A stretch of 32,000 nucleotides of DNA from the NCBI RefSeq assembly GCF_000193375.1, contig NC_015315.1, positions 410,622 to 442,621 of the forward strand. The letters are read 5' to 3'. Made by a program: the position numbers and the translations under genes. Below the pieces are notes generated by a model. It made no database searches, had not been told where the DNA came from, and saw only the letters and a program-made list of their open reading frames with translations. The stretch comes from Thermoproteus uzoniensis 768-20 (GTDB lineage Archaea > Thermoproteota > Thermoprotei > Thermoproteales > Thermoproteaceae). This document shows, piece by piece, positions 17,723-27,628 of the stretch. Numbering within the stretch: position 1 is the stretch's first letter; each line of letters opens with the position of its first letter.

Positions 17723-18464
17723 GCAATACTAGGTAAACAAGTATAGGGATCACGAACATACCTGTAAGGTAGGCCAATAACGCGGTCTCGTATTTGGAAC
17801 CCATATCATAAGAGGTCACAGTGGACAGCGTGCCGCATGATAATAATAACAATATAAATTTTAATGCATATAGAATATTATAATTTTCTATTATAATAGA
17901 AATTGAAGGATAAATTAATAATGGAAATAAACCAATTATTATATGAGTTAAAGGAACTCTTCTATGTGTAGTAAAGTAAATTGAGAATAAAATAAAAATA
18001 AAAGATAAAATAGAAATAAATAAAATATTATAAATATTAGTAAAAATATAAGTATATATAATACCTATCAGTGCCGACTTAGAGACATATATAGACGCCG
18101 TCCATATTATTAACAACAACGCGGTCACTGCGTTGAGGTACGGCGATGCGAGCATGGGGACCACGAACGGGCGTAGCCCCAGCGCCTCTAGTATCGACAA
18201 GTTCCTCAGAGGGGCCACCGACAACAAGATAGACGCCACCTTCACCCCCTTGTCGGTCAGCTCAACTAAGCCGCCGTCCCTCTTGATAAGTCCCAGAGCC
18301 TCGAGCGCAGATATGTCAAATAAAAGCGCCGACGACGAGACGCCCAACTTGCTTCTGAGCTTATTTAAACTGGTCGCGCCCTGGCTATATAGTATGAGCA
18401 AGATCTCGCGCCGTCGGCCATAGGCGGCTTTGTATATTAAGTCCTCCACGTCGCGCAAGATCAC
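17709..18464 (-). CDS. Membrane-anchored winged-helix (ArsR-like) protein
   Basis: The N-terminal wHTH is ILYSQGATSLNKLRSKLGVSSSALLFDISALEALGLIKRDG. About 5 hydrophobic helices follow. It overlaps the methyltransferase start by 14 nt. Confidence 0.6.
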   Translation of the reverse strand: MILRDVEDLIYKAAYGRRREILLILYSQGATSLNKLRSKLGVSSSALLFDISALEALGLIKRDGGLVELTDKGVKVASILLSVAPLRNLSILEALGLRPFVVPMLASPYLNAVTALLLIIWTASIYVSKSALIGIIYTYIFTNIYNILFISILSFIFILFSIYFTTHRRVPLTHIIIGLFPLLIYPSISIIIENYNILYALKFILLLLSCGTLSTVTSYDMGSKYETALLAYLTGMFVIPILVYLVLHVYI

Positions 18465-18543
18465 TGGGGCTTAATTAAGGATATTCGCGCGCGGTGGTTG
18501 CGCCGGAGTAATCTTTAAATAAAGACCAATAGCATGGCGGTTC

Positions 18544-18825
18544 ATGGCAGCGACAGAACAAACAATATTGGTGGGTAAAAAACCCACTACGAACTACATA
18601 ATAGCTACGGTGATGGCGTTCAACGCCGGTACGAGAAAGGTGGTGTTGAAGGCTAGGGGAGCGGCTATCTCTAAGGCTGTTGCGGCCGCTGTGATGGTGC
18701 GCGACCGGTTCCTCCCTGGCAAGGTCAACATAAAGGAGGTCAAGCTACTCAGCGACAAGGTCCAAGGCCAAGGCGGGAGGGAGAGGACGGTAGCCGCCGT
18801 CGAGGTAGTACTCGAAATGGCATAA
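18544..18825 (+). CDS. albA: Chromatin protein Alba (Sso10b family)
   Basis: ILVGKKPTTNYIIATVMAF...VVLKARGAAISKAVAAAVMVRDRF. TTTAAATA lies 28 nt upstream of the ATG, and a T6 run follows the stop. Confidence 0.9.
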   Translation: MAATEQTILVGKKPTTNYIIATVMAFNAGTRKVVLKARGAAISKAVAAAVMVRDRFLPGKVNIKEVKLLSDKVQGQGGRERTVAAVEVVLEMA

Positions 18826-18921
18826 TTTTTTAGAGGATTAGGCGGGCCGTTGCGATCTCGGCGCCCGCCGCCTGTTCTCCGCCGACCGGTTAAGTTTAAT
18901 TACAGGTATAGGTGGATCCCC

Positions 18922-19257
18922 GTGGTCGTGGTAAAGGGCGTAGTAGTAAGCAAACAGCTGGTTGCGGATCCCACAGGCACCCGTTACGTGAAGATAGATG
19001 TAGTGGAGGAAAAAGATGTGCCGGGCCCCTTAGTGATGGCGCCGTCCGACGAGCAGACGGCCCCAGTGGCGAGGGAGATAATGCCGCTGGTGTCCCAGAT
19101 AATCAGATCCCTCCCCTTCTCCCTTAACAAGATAGCCGTGCCGCGCCTCACCGTCTGGCTGACCGACGATGAGGTGGAGTCGCTTGGAGACGTCGACGTA
19201 GGCGACAGCGTCGATATAGAGATCGATCAAGGAATAATTAAAATAAGGCCCAGCTGA
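18922..19257 (+). CDS. Arcadin-1-like small protein (first gene of the arcade cluster)
   Basis: Assigned by its position immediately upstream of crenactin. I prefer the in-frame GTG at 18922, 27 nt after TTTAAT (18895), over the track's TTG at 18850. No motif recognised, so the assignment rests on synteny only. Confidence 0.5.
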   Translation: MVVVKGVVVSKQLVADPTGTRYVKIDVVEEKDVPGPLVMAPSDEQTAPVAREIMPLVSQIIRSLPFSLNKIAVPRLTVWLTDDEVESLGDVDVGDSVDIEIDQGIIKIRPS

Positions 19258-21175
<1,918 letters not shown>

Positions 21176-21204
21176 CGTAAATATAAACAAGCCGCGATAC
21201 GTAC

Positions 21205-21381
21205 GTGGATATTTTCAAGATAATCGAGGAGGAGGCGAGGAAGATCTTGGAGGGCTCGGATATAGATATAGTAATGGATATAATCAGGGCGTATAGATCC
21301 TCGGGCCCTAAGGGGGCCAGGGGGAAGGTGAAGGAAATCCTCTCGCAGTGGGGGATCTATGTGGAGGATCGCGAGGATTAA
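21205..21381 (+). CDS. Untracked 58-aa ORF (arcadin-3 candidate)
   Basis: My own translation gives VDIFKIIEEEARKILEGSDIDIVMDIIRAYRSSGPKGARGKVKEILSQWGIYVEDRED. The GTG is about 24 nt downstream of AATATAAA (21180-21187). An in-frame TAA lies at 21184. The ORF overlaps the arcadin-4 start by 23 nt in another frame. Confidence 0.4.
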   Translation: MDIFKIIEEEARKILEGSDIDIVMDIIRAYRSSGPKGARGKVKEILSQWGIYVEDRED

Positions 21382-23758
21382 GCTAAGGGACTTCAAGGTC
21401 TACGAGGGCGAGTACGAATTCAAGCTATCGCCGGTGACGGCCATCGTCGGCAGAGTCGGCGCCGGCAAATCCTCGTTGTTGCAGGCGGTCGAGTTCGCCC
21501 TATTCGGAAAGGAATTGGAGGTCAGGCAGAGGATAGCGAGGCTTGCGGACTTAATCAACCTCAACTCCGACAGCGCCTTGGTGGAGCTGGAGCTGACCGA
21601 CGGGTCCAGAAAAGCCCTGGTGAGGCGGTCGGTGGGGAGGGGAGGCCGGAGCCGCCTAGAGCTTAGGCTGGACGACCACAAATATACCGACGAAGACGCC
21701 GAGAGGACGCTCGCCGAGCTGACCGGGATAACGAGCGACGACTACGACAGGGTGATCTATGTATCCCATTACGCGCTCGAGGACTTCATCCACGGCGATA
21801 GGCTTAAGAGAACCTCGTTAATAGATAAAATACTTCAGATCGATATATTAGATAACACTCAGAAAATAATAAATAATATATTAAAAAATATAATGGAAGA
21901 AATAGAAAAAATTAGAATAAAGATATCGTATTACGAGAAATATAGGGATATAATAGAGAAGTACGGAGGTCTGTCTAAGTTGAAGGAGGTCAAGGCGTCG
22001 CTTGAGAGGGAGCTTGAGGGCCTCACGCGGCGGGAGGCCGACCTCTCGTCGAGATATAGGGAGCTCTTGGAGGAGAGGCGCAGATACGCGGACAAGTTGA
22101 CCAGTCTCCAGGACAAGATAAACGCCTATTATAGGGCAAAGTCTGAGCTGGAGTTGCTCGAGGAGTCCGGCTACTCCTACGCCTCGGAGCTGGGGCAGAT
22201 AGAGGAGTTGAGGGATAGGTTCGTCGGCGTGATGTCCGAATTCGAGCACATGCTAGATCCGCAGATGATAGAGAGGATATCGCGGGAGCCCGACGCGGCC
22301 AAACTGGCGGAGCTCCTCCAGGAGGCGTATGGAGAGCTCGCCAAGGTCAAGAGCTCCCTGGAAGAGGCCCTCTCGGCGGCCGAGGCCCAGAGGAGATCTC
22401 TGGCGGCTAAACTGGACGAGGTACGGGCGGAGATCTCGAGACTTAGGGCAAGGGTCGACCAGCTTGAGGAGGCCTACAAGAAGTTCAAGGAGATCTCGGC
22501 GCGCTATGGGCCCCCCGAAGAGGCCAGGAAGAGGTTAGACGAGATGAGGGAGAAGGTCAAGGAGCTTGAGAGAAGGGCCAACTACGCCTCGTCGTTGAGG
22601 TACATTCTCCTGTACGTGTTGGAGACAGGCGCCGAGAGGTGTCCCGTATGCGGCGGCAAGTTGGATAGGGACGCCGCGTCCAGCAGACTAAAGGATATAG
22701 AGAAGGAGTACTCGCAGGAGCTCGAACAGCTGGAGAAGGCCAGGGAGGAGTTGGAGGCCCTGGAGAGCGCCTACAAGGAGATGGCGTCGTTGCTCGGGCC
22801 CGTCTCGGAGTATCTCAAGGCCAGGGAGGAGCTGGAGAGGCTGGCTGGCGAGGAGGAGAAGATCAAGGCGAGGTTGGACCAAGCCGCTAAGTCGTCGTCC
22901 CAGATCTCGCGCCGCCTCGAGCTGTTGGCGGGCTTCCTAAACGACGTGACTCCGGAAGCCATAGAGGAGGTGGTCAGGAGGTACAACAAGGCGCTTAGGG
23001 TAAGGCAGCTCCGCGAGGAGCTGGAGGGCTTGGAGAGGGAGCTCAAGAACCTAGGCCTAAGCGGCGCGGCTCTGGAGGCCGAGGAGGAGTTCCGGAGGAT
23101 CTCCGATGAGCTTGACAGGACGAGGAGGAGGAAGGCGGACATATACGACGAGCTGAGGAGGCTCTCGGAGGTTCTGGCCAACGTAGACGAGGAGCTAGAC
23201 TCCTTGAAATCTAAGCTAGAGAAGTATATGTATTCATATAATAGATTCTCTAATATAATAAATAAGATAGATATATTAAAATATAATGTTAGATCTAGGA
23301 TAATTAAGGAGATAGAGGACGAGCTGTGGAGGAACTTCTCGAAGATATACCCGTATAGGGATATCGAGTCGTTGAGGCTGACGTTGAGGGACAAGGGGTA
23401 TGAGGTTGAGGCCAGGCTGGCCGACGGAAACGTCGTGGGGATCTCCAAGCTCAGCGACGGGCAGAGGCTGGCGGCGGCCCTCTCGCTCGTGATATCCATG
23501 CGCAGGTTGCTGGGCCCCAAATTGGGCTTCCTCCTGCTCGACGACCCTCTGCCCTACGTGGATCCCAACGTCAGGTCGTCGCTGGCGGGCCTCATCGCGT
23601 CGCTCAGCTCGGAGTACCAGATAGTGGTGGCGACGCAGACTGGCGATCTGCCCAGAGAGATAGCGGCCAACGGAGTCGACGTGAGGGTCATAGAGCTCTC
23701 GCGCGGCTCGGGAAGGCCCGAAGCAACGACTAAAGATATATTTGCGGGAAAGGATTGA
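21359..23758 (+). CDS. Arcadin-4: Rad50/SMC-like coiled-coil ATPase with a central CxxC zinc hook
   Basis: Walker A GRVGAGKSSLL, about 550 aa of Glu/Arg/Leu-rich coiled coil, CPVC at residues 428-431 (nt 22640-22651), signature LSDGQRLAAALSL, and Walker B FLLLDDPLPYVD. Confidence 0.8.
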   Translation: MWRIARIKLRDFKVYEGEYEFKLSPVTAIVGRVGAGKSSLLQAVEFALFGKELEVRQRIARLADLINLNSDSALVELELTDGSRKALVRRSVGRGGRSRLELRLDDHKYTDEDAERTLAELTGITSDDYDRVIYVSHYALEDFIHGDRLKRTSLIDKILQIDILDNTQKIINNILKNIMEEIEKIRIKISYYEKYRDIIEKYGGLSKLKEVKASLERELEGLTRREADLSSRYRELLEERRRYADKLTSLQDKINAYYRAKSELELLEESGYSYASELGQIEELRDRFVGVMSEFEHMLDPQMIERISREPDAAKLAELLQEAYGELAKVKSSLEEALSAAEAQRRSLAAKLDEVRAEISRLRARVDQLEEAYKKFKEISARYGPPEEARKRLDEMREKVKELERRANYASSLRYILLYVLETGAERCPVCGGKLDRDAASSRLKDIEKEYSQELEQLEKAREELEALESAYKEMASLLGPVSEYLKAREELERLAGEEEKIKARLDQAAKSSSQISRRLELLAGFLNDVTPEAIEEVVRRYNKALRVRQLREELEGLERELKNLGLSGAALEAEEEFRRISDELDRTRRRKADIYDELRRLSEVLANVDEELDSLKSKLEKYMYSYNRFSNIINKIDILKYNVRSRIIKEIEDELWRNFSKIYPYRDIESLRLTLRDKGYEVEARLADGNVVGISKLSDGQRLAAALSLVISMRRLLGPKLGFLLLDDPLPYVDPNVRSSLAGLIASLSSEYQIVVATQTGDLPREIAANGVDVRVIELSRGSGRPEATTKDIFAGKD

Positions 23759-23762
23759 GGCG

Positions 23763-24404
23763 ATGCAGGAGAACTGCGGCGTTTTCGTGGTCTCGGACCT
23801 CGGCGAGGTGGGCGTCTATAGGGGCGACAACTACGTCGTGGCCAAGGTAGAGCCCTACGGCCTGGCCTTCAACGACTACGGGAAGGTCGTCGTGTTGTAC
23901 GACACGGTCGCCCTCTACGAGAACTTGATGGAATTTATATCAAGGGAATTGAATGGATGTAGGAGGCTCTCGTTGGAGATCGACGCCAAGGAGATAAAGC
24001 TGGAGTCCGTACAGGCGTTGCACAAGGCGCTGGACTACACCACGTTGTTATATCTGCTGGCGCTGAAATCTCGCCCATCGTTGATACACGTAGTCGGCCG
24101 TAAAGGCCGCCAGAGACGCCCGGCCCAGGGAATAGGCAAGATAATGGCGAGGACCAGCCCCATACCTCCTCAGTACGTGGCCAAGAGGACTCCCCCATTC
24201 CCTCTGCCCCCCGTAGTGGAGGAGGTCTCCATCACAGCCCGCCGGGTCTCCGGGGAGAGGTACAGAGCATTTGTGAGGGTGGTCGGAAGCGCGACGTCGG
24301 CGAGGGCTAAGGTCGTCGAGACGGAGACTCTGTATAGGCGCATAATAAGTGGACTGGTGTCCGCCCTTCCGCAACTGGACTGGATGGAGTACGTATACTT
24401 ATAA
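23763..24404 (+). CDS. Hypothetical protein apparently co-transcribed with arcadin-4
   Basis: The ATG at 23763 lies 4 nt after the arcadin-4 TGA; the track's TTG at 23742 would overlap arcadin-4. 213 aa with a central Pro/Arg-rich segment. No motif recognised. Confidence 0.55.
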   Translation: MQENCGVFVVSDLGEVGVYRGDNYVVAKVEPYGLAFNDYGKVVVLYDTVALYENLMEFISRELNGCRRLSLEIDAKEIKLESVQALHKALDYTTLLYLLALKSRPSLIHVVGRKGRQRRPAQGIGKIMARTSPIPPQYVAKRTPPFPLPPVVEEVSITARRVSGERYRAFVRVVGSATSARAKVVETETLYRRIISGLVSALPQLDWMEYVYL

Positions 24405-24511
24405 ATCAGCGCTCCAGACCCGCCTCATCTATTCGGAGGGCTCACCTCTAGTCATCACGGACGTCGATGCGCCCAAGTATATAACCCTCGCGGCCTCGCC
24501 TAACGCCGGGC

Positions 24512-25228
24512 TTACCTGACCGGCTCGGCCCTATCCCACAGATAGTTGAAATACGTCTTGGCTATGTCGAGGAGGTAGCGCTCGTTGCTGTGTATGCCGA
24601 GGAGGCCCTCGCCGTGCCTCACCGCCAGAAGGGCCGAGTTCCCCAGAGCGCCTCCGCCGAACATATCCTCCAGAGCCCTCACGTCGACCCGGGGAGGCAG
24701 ATAGACGTACTTGGCGAGCCTCTTGGTCAAGAGGAGCTTGACCTCAATCCTCTTGGACTCCTCCTCGATAGCTGCTATGACTCTCGGCGCGGCGAGCTCC
24801 GGATAGGGCAACGCCACGTACACAGCCGACTCGCCGGACCTTATGACCTCCTCTAGTAGCTCCATGACCTTATCGCCTCTTATCAAGGCTATGAAGGTGG
24901 TCGAGGCCTTCCCGTGTCTGCTTTCGTAAAGCGTCTGTAGGAGGTCCATGTGCTCCTTTAAGGCCTTGAGGGCGGCCGAGGCGTAGGAGACCAAGCCTCT
25001 GTAGACCTCGGCAGGCGGCCTGGCGGCGTATCTGGCTGGGCGCCCCTCTACGCGCTCCACGAAGCCTCGCCCCTCAAGCGCGTCGAGGTGCTGGTATATC
25101 TTGGTGTAGGGCACGCCGACGTTCTCGGCAATTTCCCTAGCCGTGAGCGGGCCCTTCTCGACCAAGAGCGCGTAGATCGCTAGGTCCCGCTCGTCTAGCC
25201 CCAGAGCTTTAAGGACGGCCTTATTCAC
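24512..25228 (-). CDS. TrmB-family transcriptional regulator
   Basis: N-terminal wHTH LGLDERDLAIYALLVEKGPLTAREIAENVGVPYTKIYQHLDALEGRGFVERVEGRPARY. The GTG start is 25 nt from the TATA. Confidence 0.8.
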   Translation of the reverse strand: MNKAVLKALGLDERDLAIYALLVEKGPLTAREIAENVGVPYTKIYQHLDALEGRGFVERVEGRPARYAARPPAEVYRGLVSYASAALKALKEHMDLLQTLYESRHGKASTTFIALIRGDKVMELLEEVIRSGESAVYVALPYPELAAPRVIAAIEEESKRIEVKLLLTKRLAKYVYLPPRVDVRALEDMFGGGALGNSALLAVRHGEGLLGIHSNERYLLDIAKTYFNYLWDRAEPVR

Positions 25229-25246
25229 GGTATTAACGGAATTCTA

Positions 25247-25262
25247 TTAAAAAATTTTTAAA
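25247..25262. promoter_or_regulatory. A/T near-palindrome TTAAAAAATTTTTAAA acting as a bidirectional TATA for the TrmB-like gene (-) and the radical SAM gene (+)
   Basis: The spacing to the GTG at 25228 is about 25 nt and to the ATG at 25283 about 28 nt. The whole intergenic region is only 54 nt. Confidence 0.6.
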
Positions 25263-25282
25263 CAGGAGGCCCGGCAGGCGCA

Positions 25283-27007
25283 ATGAGCAAGCAAGTGCTG
25301 GAGCTCGCGAGGCCCACCAGGCTGGTGGACCTAAGCAAGTTTAACCTCCCCAGCAGGTACAAGTCCACTCTGCTGAACGAGGCCTGGCAGAACGCCGTCA
25401 AGAGGCAGTTCGCCCTGCCGGAGCACGTGAGGGTCGTGAAGACCTCCCTGTCGGTGTGCCCCGTCTGCAACAGGAGGATACCCATGGCCGTATACGAGGA
25501 GAACGGCGCCATATGGCTGAAGAAGGTCTGCCCGGAGCACGGCGTCTTCGAGGACCTCTATTGGGGCGACGCGGAGATGTACTACTACTTCCTCCAGTGG
25601 GACACGCCCGAGTATATAGCCAAGGGGCTCGCCAACCCCTACACCGACCTCCAGTTCTACACAGAGATGGGGTCCTGCCCGATGGGCTGCGGCCTCTGCC
25701 CGGTCCACAAATCGGACACCGTGCTGGCCATAATAGACGTGACGAACAGATGCAACATGGCCTGCCCCGTGTGCTTCGCCAACGCTGGCGCCGCCGGCTA
25801 CGTCTACGAGCCCACCCTGGAGCAGATAGAGTACATGTTGAGGACTCTGAGGGCGCAGAGGCCCTGGCCGCCCAACGCCCTACAGCTCTCCGGAGGCGAG
25901 CCCACCTTGAGGGACGACCTGCCCGAGATAGTCAGGATGGCGAAGAAGCTCGGCTTCACCCACATAGAGGTGAACACCAACGGCATAAGGCTCGCCAACG
26001 AGCCGGAGTTCTACAAGGCTTTGCTTGACGCCGGCCTCTCCACGTTGTACCTCCAGTTCGACACTATAGACGAGAGCAACGAGGGGGTCGTGAGGCACCG
26101 CATGTACAACCCCAAAGCCTATGCGGCCGTCAGGCGCAAGCTGATCGAGGTTGCTCGCAAGCTGGGCCACAGATCCATAGTCCCCGTGGTCACCTTGGCC
26201 AAGGGCTACAACGACAAGGACCTGGGCAAGATATTGGACTTCGCCATACAGAACAGAGACGTCATCAGATGGGTCAACATACAGCCGGTGTCGTTCGCCG
26301 GCCGCGCGAGGCTCTACAGCAAGGAGGAGCTGAGGAAGTTCAGGATAACCATACCCGACACCATAATAGAGATAGAGAGGCAGACCGGCGGCTTGATAAG
26401 CAGATGGGACTGGAGGCCCACCAACTGGCCCGTGGCAGTGGCCAAGATGGTGGAGGCGCTCACCGACTCGCCCAAGCCGCTCTTCTCCATGAACCCCGTA
26501 TGCGGCGCCGCGACGTTCATATACTACGACGAGGACGAGAAGAGGATATACCCGATCACGAAGCTCGTCGACGTCGACGCCTTCGAGAGGATAGCCTGGG
26601 ACGTCTACAGAACCGCCAAGAGGGGGAAGACCGTCTGGAAGGCCGTGGCGGCGACGAAGGCAATGAAGCTCTTGAGGACAGTCAAACACAGGAAGATAAG
26701 AGGACTTATACAAGACTTCCTGGTGAAGAAGGACTACGACTCGTTGGGCCAGTTCTTCTTCAACATAGTGGGCCTGGGCATAATGCACTTCATGGACGTG
26801 ATGAACTTCGACGTAGAGAGGATACAGCGTTGCGACATACACTACGCCACCCCCGATGGAAGGGTCATACCGTTCTGCACGTACAACAACTTCCACAGAG
26901 AGAGGATAGAGCAGTCCTTCAGGATAGACCCCAAGATGTGGACCAAGATAACCGGCGTATCTCTGACAGGCTGGAAGAGGACCGCCGCGCCGGGCCGCCT
27001 CCTCTAA
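25283..27007 (+). CDS. tes: Radical SAM enzyme of the COG1964 / tetraether lipid synthase (Tes, GDGT-MAS) family
   Basis: N-terminal Cys4 knuckle CPVC...CPEHG, the radical SAM motif CNMACPVC (Cx3Cx2C), and GGEPTLR. The 574-aa size and the N-terminal zinc-ribbon-like motif match Tes-type enzymes as I recall them. Confidence 0.6.
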   Translation: MSKQVLELARPTRLVDLSKFNLPSRYKSTLLNEAWQNAVKRQFALPEHVRVVKTSLSVCPVCNRRIPMAVYEENGAIWLKKVCPEHGVFEDLYWGDAEMYYYFLQWDTPEYIAKGLANPYTDLQFYTEMGSCPMGCGLCPVHKSDTVLAIIDVTNRCNMACPVCFANAGAAGYVYEPTLEQIEYMLRTLRAQRPWPPNALQLSGGEPTLRDDLPEIVRMAKKLGFTHIEVNTNGIRLANEPEFYKALLDAGLSTLYLQFDTIDESNEGVVRHRMYNPKAYAAVRRKLIEVARKLGHRSIVPVVTLAKGYNDKDLGKILDFAIQNRDVIRWVNIQPVSFAGRARLYSKEELRKFRITIPDTIIEIERQTGGLISRWDWRPTNWPVAVAKMVEALTDSPKPLFSMNPVCGAATFIYYDEDEKRIYPITKLVDVDAFERIAWDVYRTAKRGKTVWKAVAATKAMKLLRTVKHRKIRGLIQDFLVKKDYDSLGQFFFNIVGLGIMHFMDVMNFDVERIQRCDIHYATPDGRVIPFCTYNNFHRERIEQSFRIDPKMWTKITGVSLTGWKRTAAPGRLL

Positions 27008-27046
27008 CCAACGCATAGTTTTTAATACGGTCCTATATAGGTCGAC

Positions 27047-27628
27047 GTGTGGGACGAGTTCGTGAAGCGCGAGATAATCAAGTTCGGCGACTTCCAGCTG
27101 TCCAGCGGCGGCCGTAGCCCCTACTACGTGGACCTCAGACAAGTGCTCGCCCACCCCGATCTGTTGAGGTGGGTGATAGGCAAATACGGCAACCTCTTGA
27201 GAGACATCGACTTCGACGTCATAGTGGGGGTCGCCACGGGCGGCATACCCTACGCGTCTATACTGGGCTTCAACATGTTCCGCCCGATAGCCTACGTCAG
27301 GGAGAGCAAGAAGTGGTATGGGTCCAGGAGGGAGATAGAGGGGGCTATCTGGCAGGGAGCGCGCGCCGTGGTGATCGACGACGTGATAACCACCGGCGAG
27401 TCCATCGTCGAGGCCGTCAACAAGCTCAAGGAGGCGGGCGCCAACGTGGTGGCCGCGGCCGTGTTCCTCGACAGACAGCAGTGCGGCGCCCAGAGAGTCG
27501 AGCGGGAGACCGGGACGCCGGTGAGGGCGGCCTACAAGATAGGCGATGTCCTGGAAGAGATAAAGGACCTCATAGGGCCGGCCCGCTACCGCGAAGTCCG
27601 CGAATATGTAGAGAAGTTCAAGTGCTAG
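27047..27628 (+). CDS. pyrE: Orotate phosphoribosyltransferase
   Basis: FGDFQLSSGGRSPYYVDLR, and the PRPP-binding motif VVIDDVITTGES. Confidence 0.9.
   Translation: MWDEFVKREIIKFGDFQLSSGGRSPYYVDLRQVLAHPDLLRWVIGKYGNLLRDIDFDVIVGVATGGIPYASILGFNMFRPIAYVRESKKWYGSRREIEGAIWQGARAVVIDDVITTGESIVEAVNKLKEAGANVVAAAVFLDRQQCGAQRVERETGTPVRAAYKIGDVLEEIKDLIGPARYREVREYVEKFKC

Noticed and set aside
18912-19127. 71-aa ORF ([12 protein letters not shown]...) in an alternative frame of the arcadin-1-like gene.
   Set aside because: It is a Gly/Arg-rich off-frame translation. The other frame gives a balanced protein that extends to just before crenactin.
25880-27154. 424-aa minus-strand ORF antisense to the radical SAM gene, with similar long antisense ORFs at 19030..19833, 22771..23520, 11428..11991, 12058..12720, 15039..15626, 6026..6793 and 6328..7041.
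   Set aside because: These are typical GC-rich shadow ORFs. Their composition is biased (Leu, Val, Arg, Gly or Ser), they have no motifs, and each lies opposite a gene with strong family signatures.
27169-27621. N-terminal 151 codons of the 448-aa ORF 27169..28515, which would extend PyrD.
   Set aside because: This part is an Arg/Gly-rich alternative frame of pyrE. PyrD-like sequence starts at the GTG at 27622, overlapping the pyrE stop.
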